From assembly GCA_020056635.1 (NCBI GenBank), contig JAGVHI010000003.1, positions 28,638 to 92,637 of the forward strand: DNA of 64,000 nt. Reading direction: 5' to 3'. This stretch comes from an archaeon. GTDB taxonomy: Archaea; Micrarchaeota; Micrarchaeia; Anstonellales; Anstonellaceae. The translations under genes and the position numbers were made by a program. Below, in pieces: positions 45,155-54,243 of the stretch. The notes below the pieces were generated by a model. It was given only the letters and a program-made list of their open reading frames with translations, was not told the origin of the DNA and did no database searches. Numbering within the stretch: the first letter of the stretch is position 1; each line of letters opens with the position of its first letter.

Positions 45155-46453
45155 ATGGAGCTGCATTCATCGCTTGCGCTTGTCTCGTCTGCAAACGAGC
45201 TTCTTGATTCGATTGCGCACTATGATGAGGAGAACCTGCTTAGGCTGCAGGAGATGAGGGGGCTGATGCTCCAGTCCGGCTTTGATGCCCCGTTTGCAGG
45301 AGTGCTTGCAAAAACCGCAACAGAAATGGAGGAGCTCTCCCCTGCCGAAGCCGAGGACTTGAAAAAGCAGGTGGGGAACATACGCTACATTGCAAGCCTG
45401 AAAAAATCCACCCTGAACCGGGTAAGGATTGCAATTGCGGCGCACAGGCTCGCAAAGCACTTGGGCGACAACCACAAGTGCCCGATTTCAGGCGACTTTA
45501 TCCGCAGGCTTGCGGATGCTGGCGATTTTGCCATACTCGCATACCGGGAGATGATGGACACGCTTGAGGGGTACGGGACAGCGGCAACCCAGGCGATTGC
45601 AACAGTGGAATACGAGCATGAGGGGGAGACGAAGACCGCAAGCATGAGGCTCCCTGCGCGAGGAAATGCCGAGCTTGCGGCAAAGGGCGCATTTGGGGAT
45701 GGCGCAAGGATTGTTGCGGTGAAAATCCAGAAAGGCAAGAGCAGCATAATAAAGGGTAAGGGGGCGCGGATTGCGATACTCACGCATTTTGTCACGAGTG
45801 CGGCAGCAGAGGTGCGAAACGAGCTTGATGCAAAGGAGAGGCAGAGCCCCGAGGTCTCAAAATACAATTCGATACTTGCGCAGAACCGTCTGATTAGGGA
45901 TGCGAGGCTGGATTTGGCAGAAGGGTTTGAGAATGTGAAAAAAACGCTTGAGCGCGAAGAGCTGATGGAAAGGAAAAAAGAGGGGGGCTGGAAGCTTACG
46001 CCCGATCTTGAGAAGGAGATAAACAAAAGGCGGAAGTATGCGCACGAGGAGGTTCTTCTTAGGAGCAAGGGCGGGATGTGGGAGTGCTTCTTTGTGAATT
46101 ACATGAAATCAAACGCCGGCATGAGGGAAGCCGAAAAAGGGATCCCTGGGCTTGCTGCAAGGCCTGGACCGGAGCAGCTTGCGCCTTTTGCAAAAGTGGA
46201 TATTGGAATTCCAAATTCAGCTGAGCTGGTGCAGAAGAAAATAGAGGCGGAAGGAAAGGCCGCAGGCATGGATGTCTCTGCTTTCGGGGCAGGTTTTGCA
46301 GTCGCGTTTGGCAAGGCAGCGCCCCAGAGGATTGCAAAATTGCTTGGAATGGCAGAGCAAGAAGTTGAAAAGGCAGGAAGCAGGGTTGCATCCCTTTCCA
46401 AAGGCAGGGGAGGGGAGTTCCTCTCAAAGCTCGGCAAAAAGAAGGTGCGATGA
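45155..46453 (+). CDS. Conserved archaeal protein, DUF530-like
   Basis: GFDAPF and KKSTLNRVRIAIAAHRLA resemble my recollection of DUF530. Confidence 0.6.
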   Translation: MELHSSLALVSSANELLDSIAHYDEENLLRLQEMRGLMLQSGFDAPFAGVLAKTATEMEELSPAEAEDLKKQVGNIRYIASLKKSTLNRVRIAIAAHRLAKHLGDNHKCPISGDFIRRLADAGDFAILAYREMMDTLEGYGTAATQAIATVEYEHEGETKTASMRLPARGNAELAAKGAFGDGARIVAVKIQKGKSSIIKGKGARIAILTHFVTSAAAEVRNELDAKERQSPEVSKYNSILAQNRLIRDARLDLAEGFENVKKTLEREELMERKKEGGWKLTPDLEKEINKRRKYAHEEVLLRSKGGMWECFFVNYMKSNAGMREAEKGIPGLAARPGPEQLAPFAKVDIGIPNSAELVQKKIEAEGKAAGMDVSAFGAGFAVAFGKAAPQRIAKLLGMAEQEVEKAGSRVASLSKGRGGEFLSKLGKKKVR

Positions 46454-46495
46454 CCGGTTTTATGGGGAAGTCGGTGCACATTGGGAGTGAGTGCA

Positions 46496-46876
46496 ATGCT
46501 GGTTGTGAAGGGGAAGCGGGAGGCTATTTTCTCATTGAATGCCCCTCGCGAGACGGATGTGCTCCTGCTTGTGAAGCCATCCCGCGCAGTGTTTGCCCAT
46601 CTTCTTTCGAACACGTCCGTTAGGGTTATCAGATGCCCCCCAGGGGTGTATGCAACAATTCCAAGAAAGGTCATTGAAGCGCTCTCGGATGGCGGGGTTG
46701 AAGTGAAGGAGTTGGCACGGGGCAGGGGGCGCCCAAGAAAGTTGAGCGCCGTTAAGCTTGAGGTTGCGAAGGGGCTTGCGCAAAAAGTCGGGGCAAAAGC
46801 CGCGCTCTTGCGAAGCGGGATTGCAAAAAGCACGTATTACTACAGGCTTAGGCGAGAGAGGATGGGGTTGGTTTGA
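46496..46876 (+). CDS. DUF1699-like protein with C-terminal HTH
   Basis: KPS...P..Y.TI....AL..GVEV followed by GRGRPRKL...GIAKSTYYYRL. Confidence 0.6.
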   Translation: MLVVKGKREAIFSLNAPRETDVLLLVKPSRAVFAHLLSNTSVRVIRCPPGVYATIPRKVIEALSDGGVEVKELARGRGRPRKLSAVKLEVAKGLAQKVGAKAALLRSGIAKSTYYYRLRRERMGLV

Positions 46877-47646
46877 TGCTCTGCGATGCGCACTGCCATC
46901 TTGAATCCCAAGAGCAGCCATACCCAGAGGGGCTGCTGATTACAGCAGGCTATTCAGTTGAGAGCAGCCTGAGGAATTTCAAAATTGCTTGCGGGAATAT
47001 GGGGGTGTTCTGCTGCGTAGGAATTTCGCCGCAGGAGGCACAGAAATTGGGAAGCATTGGGGCGGTTGAAGCCGCAAGCAAGGAAATATGGGAATTGCTT
47101 GAAAAAAAAGACCCGAAAATAGTTGCGGTCGGGGAGGTCGGGCTGGATTTCCACTGGGGCAGGGGCGAGGGGCAGAAGGGGCTCCAGAGGGAGTGCTTTT
47201 CAAAAATGCTCGGGCTTGCAAAAAAATTCGGCCTGCCTGCGGTGATACATTGCAGGGAAGCGGAAGGGGACGCGCTATATGAGCTGGAAAAAGCGGGCGT
47301 TCGGTTCATGATGCACTGCTTTTCAGGGAAAGCAGAGGATGCAAAAAAGGTCGAGGAGCTTGGGGGCATTATTTCCATTCCGCCCCAAAAAAGCAAGGAG
47401 AGAAAGAAAGCGATTAAATTAGTTGGTGCGGATAGGCTAGTGGCAGAGAGCGATTCGCCTGCAATCGGGAAAAGCCCGGCTGCGGCGCTTGAAGCGGCTG
47501 GAATGATAGCGGAATACAGGGGGATGGAACTGCAGGAAGCGGAGAGGCTGGTATTGGAGAATACGAAAAGGTTTTTTGGAATAGGAGGCGGGATGACCAG
47601 TTATTTGAGGGAGGTCAGATCGCCTGGAGGGGGTTTTGATGCTTGA
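46876..47646 (+). CDS. tatD: TatD-family nuclease
   Basis: DAHCHL, VGEVGLDF, IHCREA, HCFSG, ESDSP. Confidence 0.92.
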   Translation: MLCDAHCHLESQEQPYPEGLLITAGYSVESSLRNFKIACGNMGVFCCVGISPQEAQKLGSIGAVEAASKEIWELLEKKDPKIVAVGEVGLDFHWGRGEGQKGLQRECFSKMLGLAKKFGLPAVIHCREAEGDALYELEKAGVRFMMHCFSGKAEDAKKVEELGGIISIPPQKSKERKKAIKLVGADRLVAESDSPAIGKSPAAALEAAGMIAEYRGMELQEAERLVLENTKRFFGIGGGMTSYLREVRSPGGGFDA

Positions 47647-48094
47647 GAAGCTCAGGGCAATGCTTGGGAGCAAAAAGGACGAAAAGAACATAGCGCTGTT
47701 CATCGACGGGCCAAATGTGATTAGGAGGGATGTGAACGTTGATTTGGTTGGAGTGAGGAAATCGGTAGCCAAGTATGGGAAGATAAAGGTTGCAAAGGTT
47801 TTCTTAAACCAGTTTGCCTCGGACAAGCTTATTGAGGCAATGACAAACCAGGGGTTTGAGCCAGTAATAACCACGGGCGATGTGGATGTGCCGATGTCGG
47901 TTGCAGCGATGGAGCAGGTGTTCAACCCTGCGGTGCACACAATTGCGCTCATGACAAGGGACATTGACTTCCTGCCTGTGCTTGTAAAGGCAAAGGAACT
48001 TGGCAGGGAGACAATCGTGATAGGGGCTGAGCCTGGCTTCTCTGTGGCGCTCAAGAACACTGCAGATGTTGTGATTATCGCGGAGGCGAAGTGA
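47636..48094 (+). CDS. NYN-domain protein (TIGR00288 family)
   Basis: FIDGPN, GDVDV, TRDIDFLP, GAEPGFSVALKNTAD. Confidence 0.9.
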   Translation: MMLEKLRAMLGSKKDEKNIALFIDGPNVIRRDVNVDLVGVRKSVAKYGKIKVAKVFLNQFASDKLIEAMTNQGFEPVITTGDVDVPMSVAAMEQVFNPAVHTIALMTRDIDFLPVLVKAKELGRETIVIGAEPGFSVALKNTADVVIIAEAK

Positions 48095-48097
48095 GCC

Positions 48098-49102
48098 ATG
48101 AGGCAGGTCCTTGCGCTTGCACTATCGCTGCTTGTCCTGTTTTCAGGCTGCATAGGAGGACCGGTTGAGCAGAAAAAAACCGGCCTTGCACTCGCCCTTT
48201 CCGAATCGCCAGAGGATGCGGAGGTCGTTGCTTATTTTGACGCGAAAAAGCTGCTCGCAAGCGAAGCGGCAGTTGAGAAGATCGGGCTTGGGAAGGACGG
48301 CGTGAAGCTTGCAAGGCTGTTTGTGAATGACGCATTCGTTGCCCTGCTCCCGGATAATAGGTTTGCGTATTCGTTCGGGGTCGAGGGAGGGGACATCACG
48401 CTTTTTGGCTCCTCTTTTCTGCCCCAAGTGATAAGGATGATTGACAACCGCACAGACACCAATTTCACTGCAAGCGACTACCAGGGGCGCAAGCTGTACT
48501 CAAACGGGAAGCTCGCATATTTTGTGGCAGGCGGAAGGGTGTATATAGGCGAGGAATCGGCAGTGAAAAAAGTGGCTGGAGTGAAGGCTGGAAAAACGAA
48601 TGCGGAGAGTAAGTTTGCAGCCGTTGCAAAACGCGTGCCTGCCGATTCGGACTTCTCAGCTGTAATGGAGGGGGAGGGAGACGGGCTGTCTGGAATGTTT
48701 GAGGGCCTGGGGGTGGCAGGATATGTTGACGGCAACGTGTCAGATACATTCGTAATTATCAAGGCCAAGGACGTGCAGGCTGCAGAGCTCATTGCGCTCG
48801 GGCTTGAAGAGGCGCTAACAAGTGGGCAGCAGGAAGGGGCAAGCGTAAAGTCGGTTGAAACAGACAGTGAAATGGTATTTGTAAGGTTTGCGGTTGAGAT
48901 TTCGAAATTCGACCCTTCATCCATTGGAATCGGGGGGAAAATGCAAACAGATGATAGTGATGCGCCGTCAGTTGAGGGGGTTATTGTGGTTGGGGAAGAT
49001 GGCACAAATGCCTCGGAATGGGAATTTCCAGAGGGCAATGAAAGCGAGTATGATGTCCCGCCTGAATATTGGGAAGATGAACTGCCGCCTGTGCCCGAAT
49101 GA
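48098..49102 (+). CDS. Hypothetical lipoprotein with acidic C-terminal tail
   Basis: Lipobox-like FSGC after a hydrophobic leader. Confidence 0.7.
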   Translation: MRQVLALALSLLVLFSGCIGGPVEQKKTGLALALSESPEDAEVVAYFDAKKLLASEAAVEKIGLGKDGVKLARLFVNDAFVALLPDNRFAYSFGVEGGDITLFGSSFLPQVIRMIDNRTDTNFTASDYQGRKLYSNGKLAYFVAGGRVYIGEESAVKKVAGVKAGKTNAESKFAAVAKRVPADSDFSAVMEGEGDGLSGMFEGLGVAGYVDGNVSDTFVIIKAKDVQAAELIALGLEEALTSGQQEGASVKSVETDSEMVFVRFAVEISKFDPSSIGIGGKMQTDDSDAPSVEGVIVVGEDGTNASEWEFPEGNESEYDVPPEYWEDELPPVPE

Positions 49103-49198
49103 ATAGGGTTATAAAATCTCTTCAGGCATATAGAAGAGGTTTTTTGATTTCGGAGTGCGAATATTTTTTCATTTGTACCCGAAAGGGGTGATTTTTTA

Positions 49199-49423
49199 AT
49201 GGGAGAGAAAAGGCCATTTGACATACTGAACAGCTCGCTCAACAACACAATAGTTGTCGGGCTCAAAGGCGGGCGCGAGATGCGCGGGCTCATGGTGTCC
49301 TACGACGTTCATATGAACCTCGTGCTTGAGAAGGCGGAGCAGCTCGAAAATGGGGAAGTGAAAAGGAGCATCGGAACGGTATTGCTCCGCGGGGACTCGG
49401 TAGTCTACATATCCCCTTCCTGA
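49199..49423 (+). CDS. Sm-like archaeal protein (LSm/SmAP)
   Basis: RPFDIL...GL..YDVHMNLVL...LLRGDSVVYISP. Confidence 0.95.
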   Translation: MGEKRPFDILNSSLNNTIVVGLKGGREMRGLMVSYDVHMNLVLEKAEQLENGEVKRSIGTVLLRGDSVVYISPS

Positions 49424-49482
49424 ACCGGACCGCATGGCAATTCTTTAAATAGCGCAAGCCAGAATTAGCCTTGGTGATTTTG

Positions 49483-51231
49483 ATGAGGCCAGTCTTGCTT
49501 GCTGTTTTTGCGCTGTTGACGCTTTTCGGCCCGGTTTTTGCACAAGCAGGCGCGGAATATGGCGCCATTGTGGGTGGAATTGCCGGGATGAATACAGTTG
49601 CTGCTGTTGGGGCCATAACCGGCTCCGCTTCAGGCGGCGCAATAGAGGTTGCCGTGCCTGCGGAAGGGGAGCAGGCTGTTGAGGTTGGATTTGCAGAGGA
49701 AATCAAGCCTGCTTTGGTAAATTGCGTAGTGAGCTCCGAATTCTCAAGGGGGATTAGCTACTATGTGCGCATGCTCTCCGAAACCAAGGACAAGGGGGAG
49801 CAGGCGAAAATAATGGAGAAGATTTCGCAGCTCAAGCAAAAGGCGCTGTCCGAGAAGGCGGAATGCACAACGAGCGCAGTTTCGCCTGTTGCAATTGGCG
49901 TAACACCTGTGCAGAAGCCTGTTGCTAAGCCGCTGCCTTCAACAGCACCCACGGCCGAGCCTGTTGCATGCACAACAGAATATTCTCCTGTGTGCGGAGC
50001 GGACGGGAGAACCTACTCGAACAAGTGTTTTGCATCGGTTGCTGGAATCGAAGTTGCTTACTCGGGGAAGTGCGAGGAGGAGAAGCCGCCCGAAATTCCA
50101 GGGGATGATTACTCGGACGTTCAGCCCACCGGAGGGGTGTACGGCTATTACGCGGCTTGGTATGGGAAGGTGAACCAGGTAAGCAAGGATGGCAAGAGCT
50201 GGATGAGCGACCCGGACGGGGTAACCGGGGCGGATGCACATCCGCTTGCGTACTGCCAGAAATGGTTCCCGGATGCAAAAGGGGTGGATGATATCGGGAG
50301 GCATTTTGTTCCGGGGTTCAAGAACAGGGGGAATTTGGGCAGTTTTGACGCTGAAACAGTAGTGTATGAGTGCACCGAGAGCGAGGGGGTGAATATAGTC
50401 ACCCCGCTTGTGGTGTGGGGCAACGGCTTTCCGACATGGAGAAGCTTGGACGGCCAGACCAACCCATGCGACCTTGAGAAGCAGATGAAGGTGCAGGGCA
50501 AGCCTTGGTACGGGCCTTCTTGCGAGGAGGCAGGGGCGGGAAGCGCAGGGCCTTCGTGGGTGGCTGTCGCAGAGCCTGTTGAAGTTGTGGCAAAGCCTGC
50601 TCTGCCGAGCAAAGCATATGAGGTGTCACAATACTACCGGGAAAAAATGACTGATATCGTGGAATCGGAGGATGACGCACAGGCGCAGGTTGCAGAATTG
50701 AAAACGCTGCAAAAGGAGATAGATGCGATGATTGAAAAGCTGCTCTCAAGGCAGGGGAGCATTGATGCTGGGGACATGGGGCAGGTGGTCGATGCGATTG
50801 AGGTGACCCCAGGCTCGGTGAAAGCGGATAATGTGGAAGTTTTGGGGCCAAAGGTGATTTCCGCAACGCTCGGGGATGCAAAGCCTGTTGAGGTGGAAAC
50901 CAGCGCGAATGCGGTCACTGTGACGGACGCTGGCGTTTCCGCTGGGGCAAGCGCAGTCACGCTCACACGCGACAGCGTGAAAATCGGGGGCAGGAGCCTC
51001 AAGGTCACCCCGTCAGAGGCTGCAAAGAAAGTGATTGCAACCGTGACTAAGATGAGGATTGAGAAGCAGGATGAGAGACCAGTGTACAAAATAGATGCGG
51101 AAAAGAAAGTGAGGGTGCTTGGGATATTCCCGACCAAAATGGAGCAGAAAGTCACAGTTGACGGGGAGAGCGGGCAGGTCGTTTCCACAGAGAAACCATG
51201 GTGGGGCGATCTTGCGACAGACGATGGATAG
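49483..51231 (+). CDS. Secreted multidomain protein with Kazal-type domain
   Basis: Signal peptide; CTTEYSPVCGADGRTYSNKC...YSGKC; C-terminal ..KPWW. Confidence 0.8.
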   Translation: MRPVLLAVFALLTLFGPVFAQAGAEYGAIVGGIAGMNTVAAVGAITGSASGGAIEVAVPAEGEQAVEVGFAEEIKPALVNCVVSSEFSRGISYYVRMLSETKDKGEQAKIMEKISQLKQKALSEKAECTTSAVSPVAIGVTPVQKPVAKPLPSTAPTAEPVACTTEYSPVCGADGRTYSNKCFASVAGIEVAYSGKCEEEKPPEIPGDDYSDVQPTGGVYGYYAAWYGKVNQVSKDGKSWMSDPDGVTGADAHPLAYCQKWFPDAKGVDDIGRHFVPGFKNRGNLGSFDAETVVYECTESEGVNIVTPLVVWGNGFPTWRSLDGQTNPCDLEKQMKVQGKPWYGPSCEEAGAGSAGPSWVAVAEPVEVVAKPALPSKAYEVSQYYREKMTDIVESEDDAQAQVAELKTLQKEIDAMIEKLLSRQGSIDAGDMGQVVDAIEVTPGSVKADNVEVLGPKVISATLGDAKPVEVETSANAVTVTDAGVSAGASAVTLTRDSVKIGGRSLKVTPSEAAKKVIATVTKMRIEKQDERPVYKIDAEKKVRVLGIFPTKMEQKVTVDGESGQVVSTEKPWWGDLATDDG

Positions 51232-51287
51232 GCTGCCCCTGTTTCCTTTTTATTCTTTCAAGGAGTAGCATTGGTGCTGCATTTTAT

Positions 51288-51359
51288 GGGCTAGTGGCGC
51301 AACGGTAGCGCGCCTGCATGGCATGCAGGAGGCTGGGGGCTCGAATCCCCCCTAGTCCA
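51288..51359 (+). tRNA. tRNA-Ala(GGC), no intron
   Basis: GGGCTAG/CTAGTCC+A with G3:U70 identity pair; CCTGC-ATGGCAT-GCAGG; GGGGG-CTCGAAT-CCCCC. Confidence 0.92.
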
Positions 51360-51441
51360 TTTCAATCACAACAAGAACGATAAAGGATGAGGCGCTTTTG
51401 CGAAAAAGAAGTTATTTATACTGAACAGACAATAGTTTGTT

Positions 51442-53277
51442 ATGTCATCCTTGGCTCTGGCAGAAGAAGGGAAGAGGTATACGCCCTTGCCTTTGACTGA
51501 CGTTAGTTGGACATTGGAGAAGATAGACGAGCGGCTTGGATACCAGTGCCCATTCCGTCTGGCTGAGAGAATAATGAGTTCTGAAAAACCGGGGGAAAAA
51601 TTCGCCTGGATAAAATCGTCCCTTGATACCTTGCGCGGCGTTTTGGGCAAGGAGAACACAGATGCTGCGTTCTACGCCTTTGGCAATCAGTTAATTGCAA
51701 ATTTTTTTGATAGGGAGCCGATGCAGGTCATTGATAGCTTCGCGCGCATAGCGCAAAGTACCGACCAGGTTGCAGCGAACTATGCGCTTCGCGCCCTTGT
51801 GCGGCAGCCGATTGCAGAAATTTATGTCAACGAATCCCCAAGGTGTGTAGAGGATATGTTCGGGCGCGTAGTGCAGGAGGCAGGCGGTAACGCGCGATTT
51901 GTTTTTGAGCTGCTTGGATTGACGACCACTGCAGGCATGTCCGCCTCTGATCTAGATAGGACAGTGGACGCGCTTTTGAGTCTGACCAAATATCCAGAGG
52001 AAGTGACACGGAATATCGAAGCCGTGTTTGTTGTAAGCAGGGAAAACGCGGAATGCCTTGCGAAAAATCCGGCAGGGGTTGCCACCCTGTTTGACAGGCT
52101 GGTTGAAGATGCAAAAAATAGGGAAGATTGGGTAGTGCGCGCAAAAAGCATTGTATATATTTTTCGATATCCTAGAGTAATGACCGTTGCCATTCAAAAA
52201 CCAGAAGACTTTGTCCAAGCAGTAGGTTCCTGCCCTAGCGAAGATCTTTTTCTAGTTGGAAGACTGGCGGGAGGGGGGATTCTCGACCGTGCCATAATTG
52301 CAAGATTCGCAACAATCGCAAACCTCACACTTCCAAATGCCCGAGATGCTCTTGACTCTTCATTATCCGTTTTTTTTGGAAATCAGCTGCTTGCCCATGA
52401 TTGCTTTGAGAGATTCACTGAAACCCTTCTGATGATTGCAACTGAGCTTGATGGAGAGGCGATAAATAAAACACTTTTTTCGCTTGCCTCCAGATTGATG
52501 GACGCTGAGAACCATTCGTTCTTTGATGATTTCGAGCGCGTGGTCATTTCAGAAGAGATTGGAATGCGCAGGTTCACAGAAAAATATGGTGTCCGGCCGA
52601 TGAGGATAATGGGCTTTTTTGATGGAAAAGCAGGAATACATGACCCAGATTATTATGATGCCACTATGGAACAGAATATGAAGAGTGGTATAATGGAGAT
52701 TGCAGAAAGGCAGGGGCTGAACCCAAATTTTCTTGCAGCAGCTCTCTTCCAAGAGGGTTTTATAAATAAAATGGATCAGACAAAGTTCCAATTTTACATA
52801 AAAGATGTTGATTCATTCAGCGAAGTAGAGATGGATTCTTTTTATGTGGAGATAGACGAACTTAAGAGGGGCGGCTATATTCCACATGGGTTTGGCGATT
52901 CAGGAGAGTTCGAAATCGGATCTGAAGTGACAAATGAAAATGGTTTTAGAAGCCGGCGGGTTAAGTTTAAGACCCAGCACGACGCATTTGAGGCGTTTGG
53001 AGCGATGCTTGCTGCGCGCAGGGACAGGTTCCTCTTGCAGGCAAAGAAAATGGGCTATCAGCCGGATAAGCTGTCACCGGAGGTTGTGTGGGCTGGCACT
53101 TATCTTTATTACAACGCAGCCAACCCACAGAAAAAAGTTGAGGATATTGGAGTTGGCAACCTTCTTGATAAATATACACCAACGAAACAGAGCATAGCTG
53201 ATTTCCGCTACAATTACATGCGGGTAGTGAGCACAGCCGATTATTTACGGGCTGGCGGCACGTTCGGGAATCCATGA
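51442..53277 (+). CDS. Hypothetical protein: helical N-terminal region plus possible lysozyme/lytic transglycosylase-like C-terminal domain
   Basis: 611-aa ORF; GLNPNFLAAALFQEG and TYLYYNA resemble SLT motifs I and III. Confidence 0.6.
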   Translation: MSSLALAEEGKRYTPLPLTDVSWTLEKIDERLGYQCPFRLAERIMSSEKPGEKFAWIKSSLDTLRGVLGKENTDAAFYAFGNQLIANFFDREPMQVIDSFARIAQSTDQVAANYALRALVRQPIAEIYVNESPRCVEDMFGRVVQEAGGNARFVFELLGLTTTAGMSASDLDRTVDALLSLTKYPEEVTRNIEAVFVVSRENAECLAKNPAGVATLFDRLVEDAKNREDWVVRAKSIVYIFRYPRVMTVAIQKPEDFVQAVGSCPSEDLFLVGRLAGGGILDRAIIARFATIANLTLPNARDALDSSLSVFFGNQLLAHDCFERFTETLLMIATELDGEAINKTLFSLASRLMDAENHSFFDDFERVVISEEIGMRRFTEKYGVRPMRIMGFFDGKAGIHDPDYYDATMEQNMKSGIMEIAERQGLNPNFLAAALFQEGFINKMDQTKFQFYIKDVDSFSEVEMDSFYVEIDELKRGGYIPHGFGDSGEFEIGSEVTNENGFRSRRVKFKTQHDAFEAFGAMLAARRDRFLLQAKKMGYQPDKLSPEVVWAGTYLYYNAANPQKKVEDIGVGNLLDKYTPTKQSIADFRYNYMRVVSTADYLRAGGTFGNP

Positions 53278-53340
53278 TGACATTGCCTTAATTTAGCACA
53301 CATATAATTCCGTTGTGTAAAAATCGACAAATTAAAATCG

Positions 53341-53450
53341 GAAAGAAAAGAGAAAGGAAAAAAGAAGAAAAAGAAAAAAGAAAGAAAATTCATGTTCGGG
53401 TTGGAAACCCGAACAGCTCGCAACGGAGTTGCGGGAAAAAAAAGAAAGTT
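53341..53450 (-). terminator. Probable terminator region: two hairpins flanked by long polypyrimidine tracts
   Basis: TGTTCGGG/CCCGAACA and CGCAAC/GTTGCG stems; an ~48-nt pure T/C tract on the minus strand just downstream of the 53455 stop. Confidence 0.55.
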
Positions 53451-53454
53451 CAAC

Positions 53455-54138
53455 TTAGAGAATGTTGAACTTATCCTTGTTCTTGTCCGCGACTTTTGCA
53501 ACTGTGTCTTTCAGCCCGAGGCCGATTGCGATTGCCCCGCCCAGGCCGAGCATGAGGCCAAGCGCAGCAAGCACGATTGCAAACGACTGCTCAAGCAGCA
53601 CCGTGCTCGCCCTTGGGAGCAGCATCGGCAGCGCTATCACAAGCGCGTTGTATGCGATGAAGACCTCAACCACTATTGCAATGAGGTTCACAAAGGGCAC
53701 GCCCTTTGCAAGCTTCATGCGGTCTGTGATGTAGTCTCCGATCATCAGCCCTGCAACCAGCACCACAGCACCTGATGTGAGCGAGGGCAGGTAGTTGGTT
53801 GCCATGCTTGCAAGTGACATCAGGAATGGGAATTTCATCACCCCTGCGCCGAACCCGAAGAACAGCACCATAACCCAGAGCCACATCAGCGTAGTGATTA
53901 CCTGAGTGAATGTGAAGCCCAGAAGCGAGTCGTGCAGGTGGTGCTTCTTTAGCTCAGCTTCAAGACTTAGGTGCTTGAGGAATTTGCGTATTCCGCTGTT
54001 TATCAGCCAGGCGACCACGTGCCCGACTATGAGCGCAATCACCACTATTGCAAACGCGGCAACCCCTTCAAGTATGTTTCCGAGGAAGCCCGTGGCAAAC
54101 GTCGTTAGTTCATTCGTAAACGCCGCCATTTCAACCAT
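53455..54138 (-). CDS. Membrane protein with MscS-associated TM_helix repeats (CmpX-like)
   Basis: NYLPSL..G..VLV.G..I.D and AIAIGLGLKD.V motifs. Confidence 0.75.
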   Translation of the reverse strand: MVEMAAFTNELTTFATGFLGNILEGVAAFAIVVIALIVGHVVAWLINSGIRKFLKHLSLEAELKKHHLHDSLLGFTFTQVITTLMWLWVMVLFFGFGAGVMKFPFLMSLASMATNYLPSLTSGAVVLVAGLMIGDYITDRMKLAKGVPFVNLIAIVVEVFIAYNALVIALPMLLPRASTVLLEQSFAIVLAALGLMLGLGGAIAIGLGLKDTVAKVADKNKDKFNIL

Positions 54139-54243
54139 TAAACCACCCTGAGTATCCTCCTCGGGACTTGTTTATAAACGTTTCGAGGTGGGAATGGAAA
54201 AACAAGGGGAAAAAATTAGGGAAGAGGGAAATGCTAGGATGGG

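Noticed and set aside
51360-53460. Integrated element at tRNA-Ala
   Set aside because: No integrase and no duplicated tRNA 3' end (att site) was found by eye.
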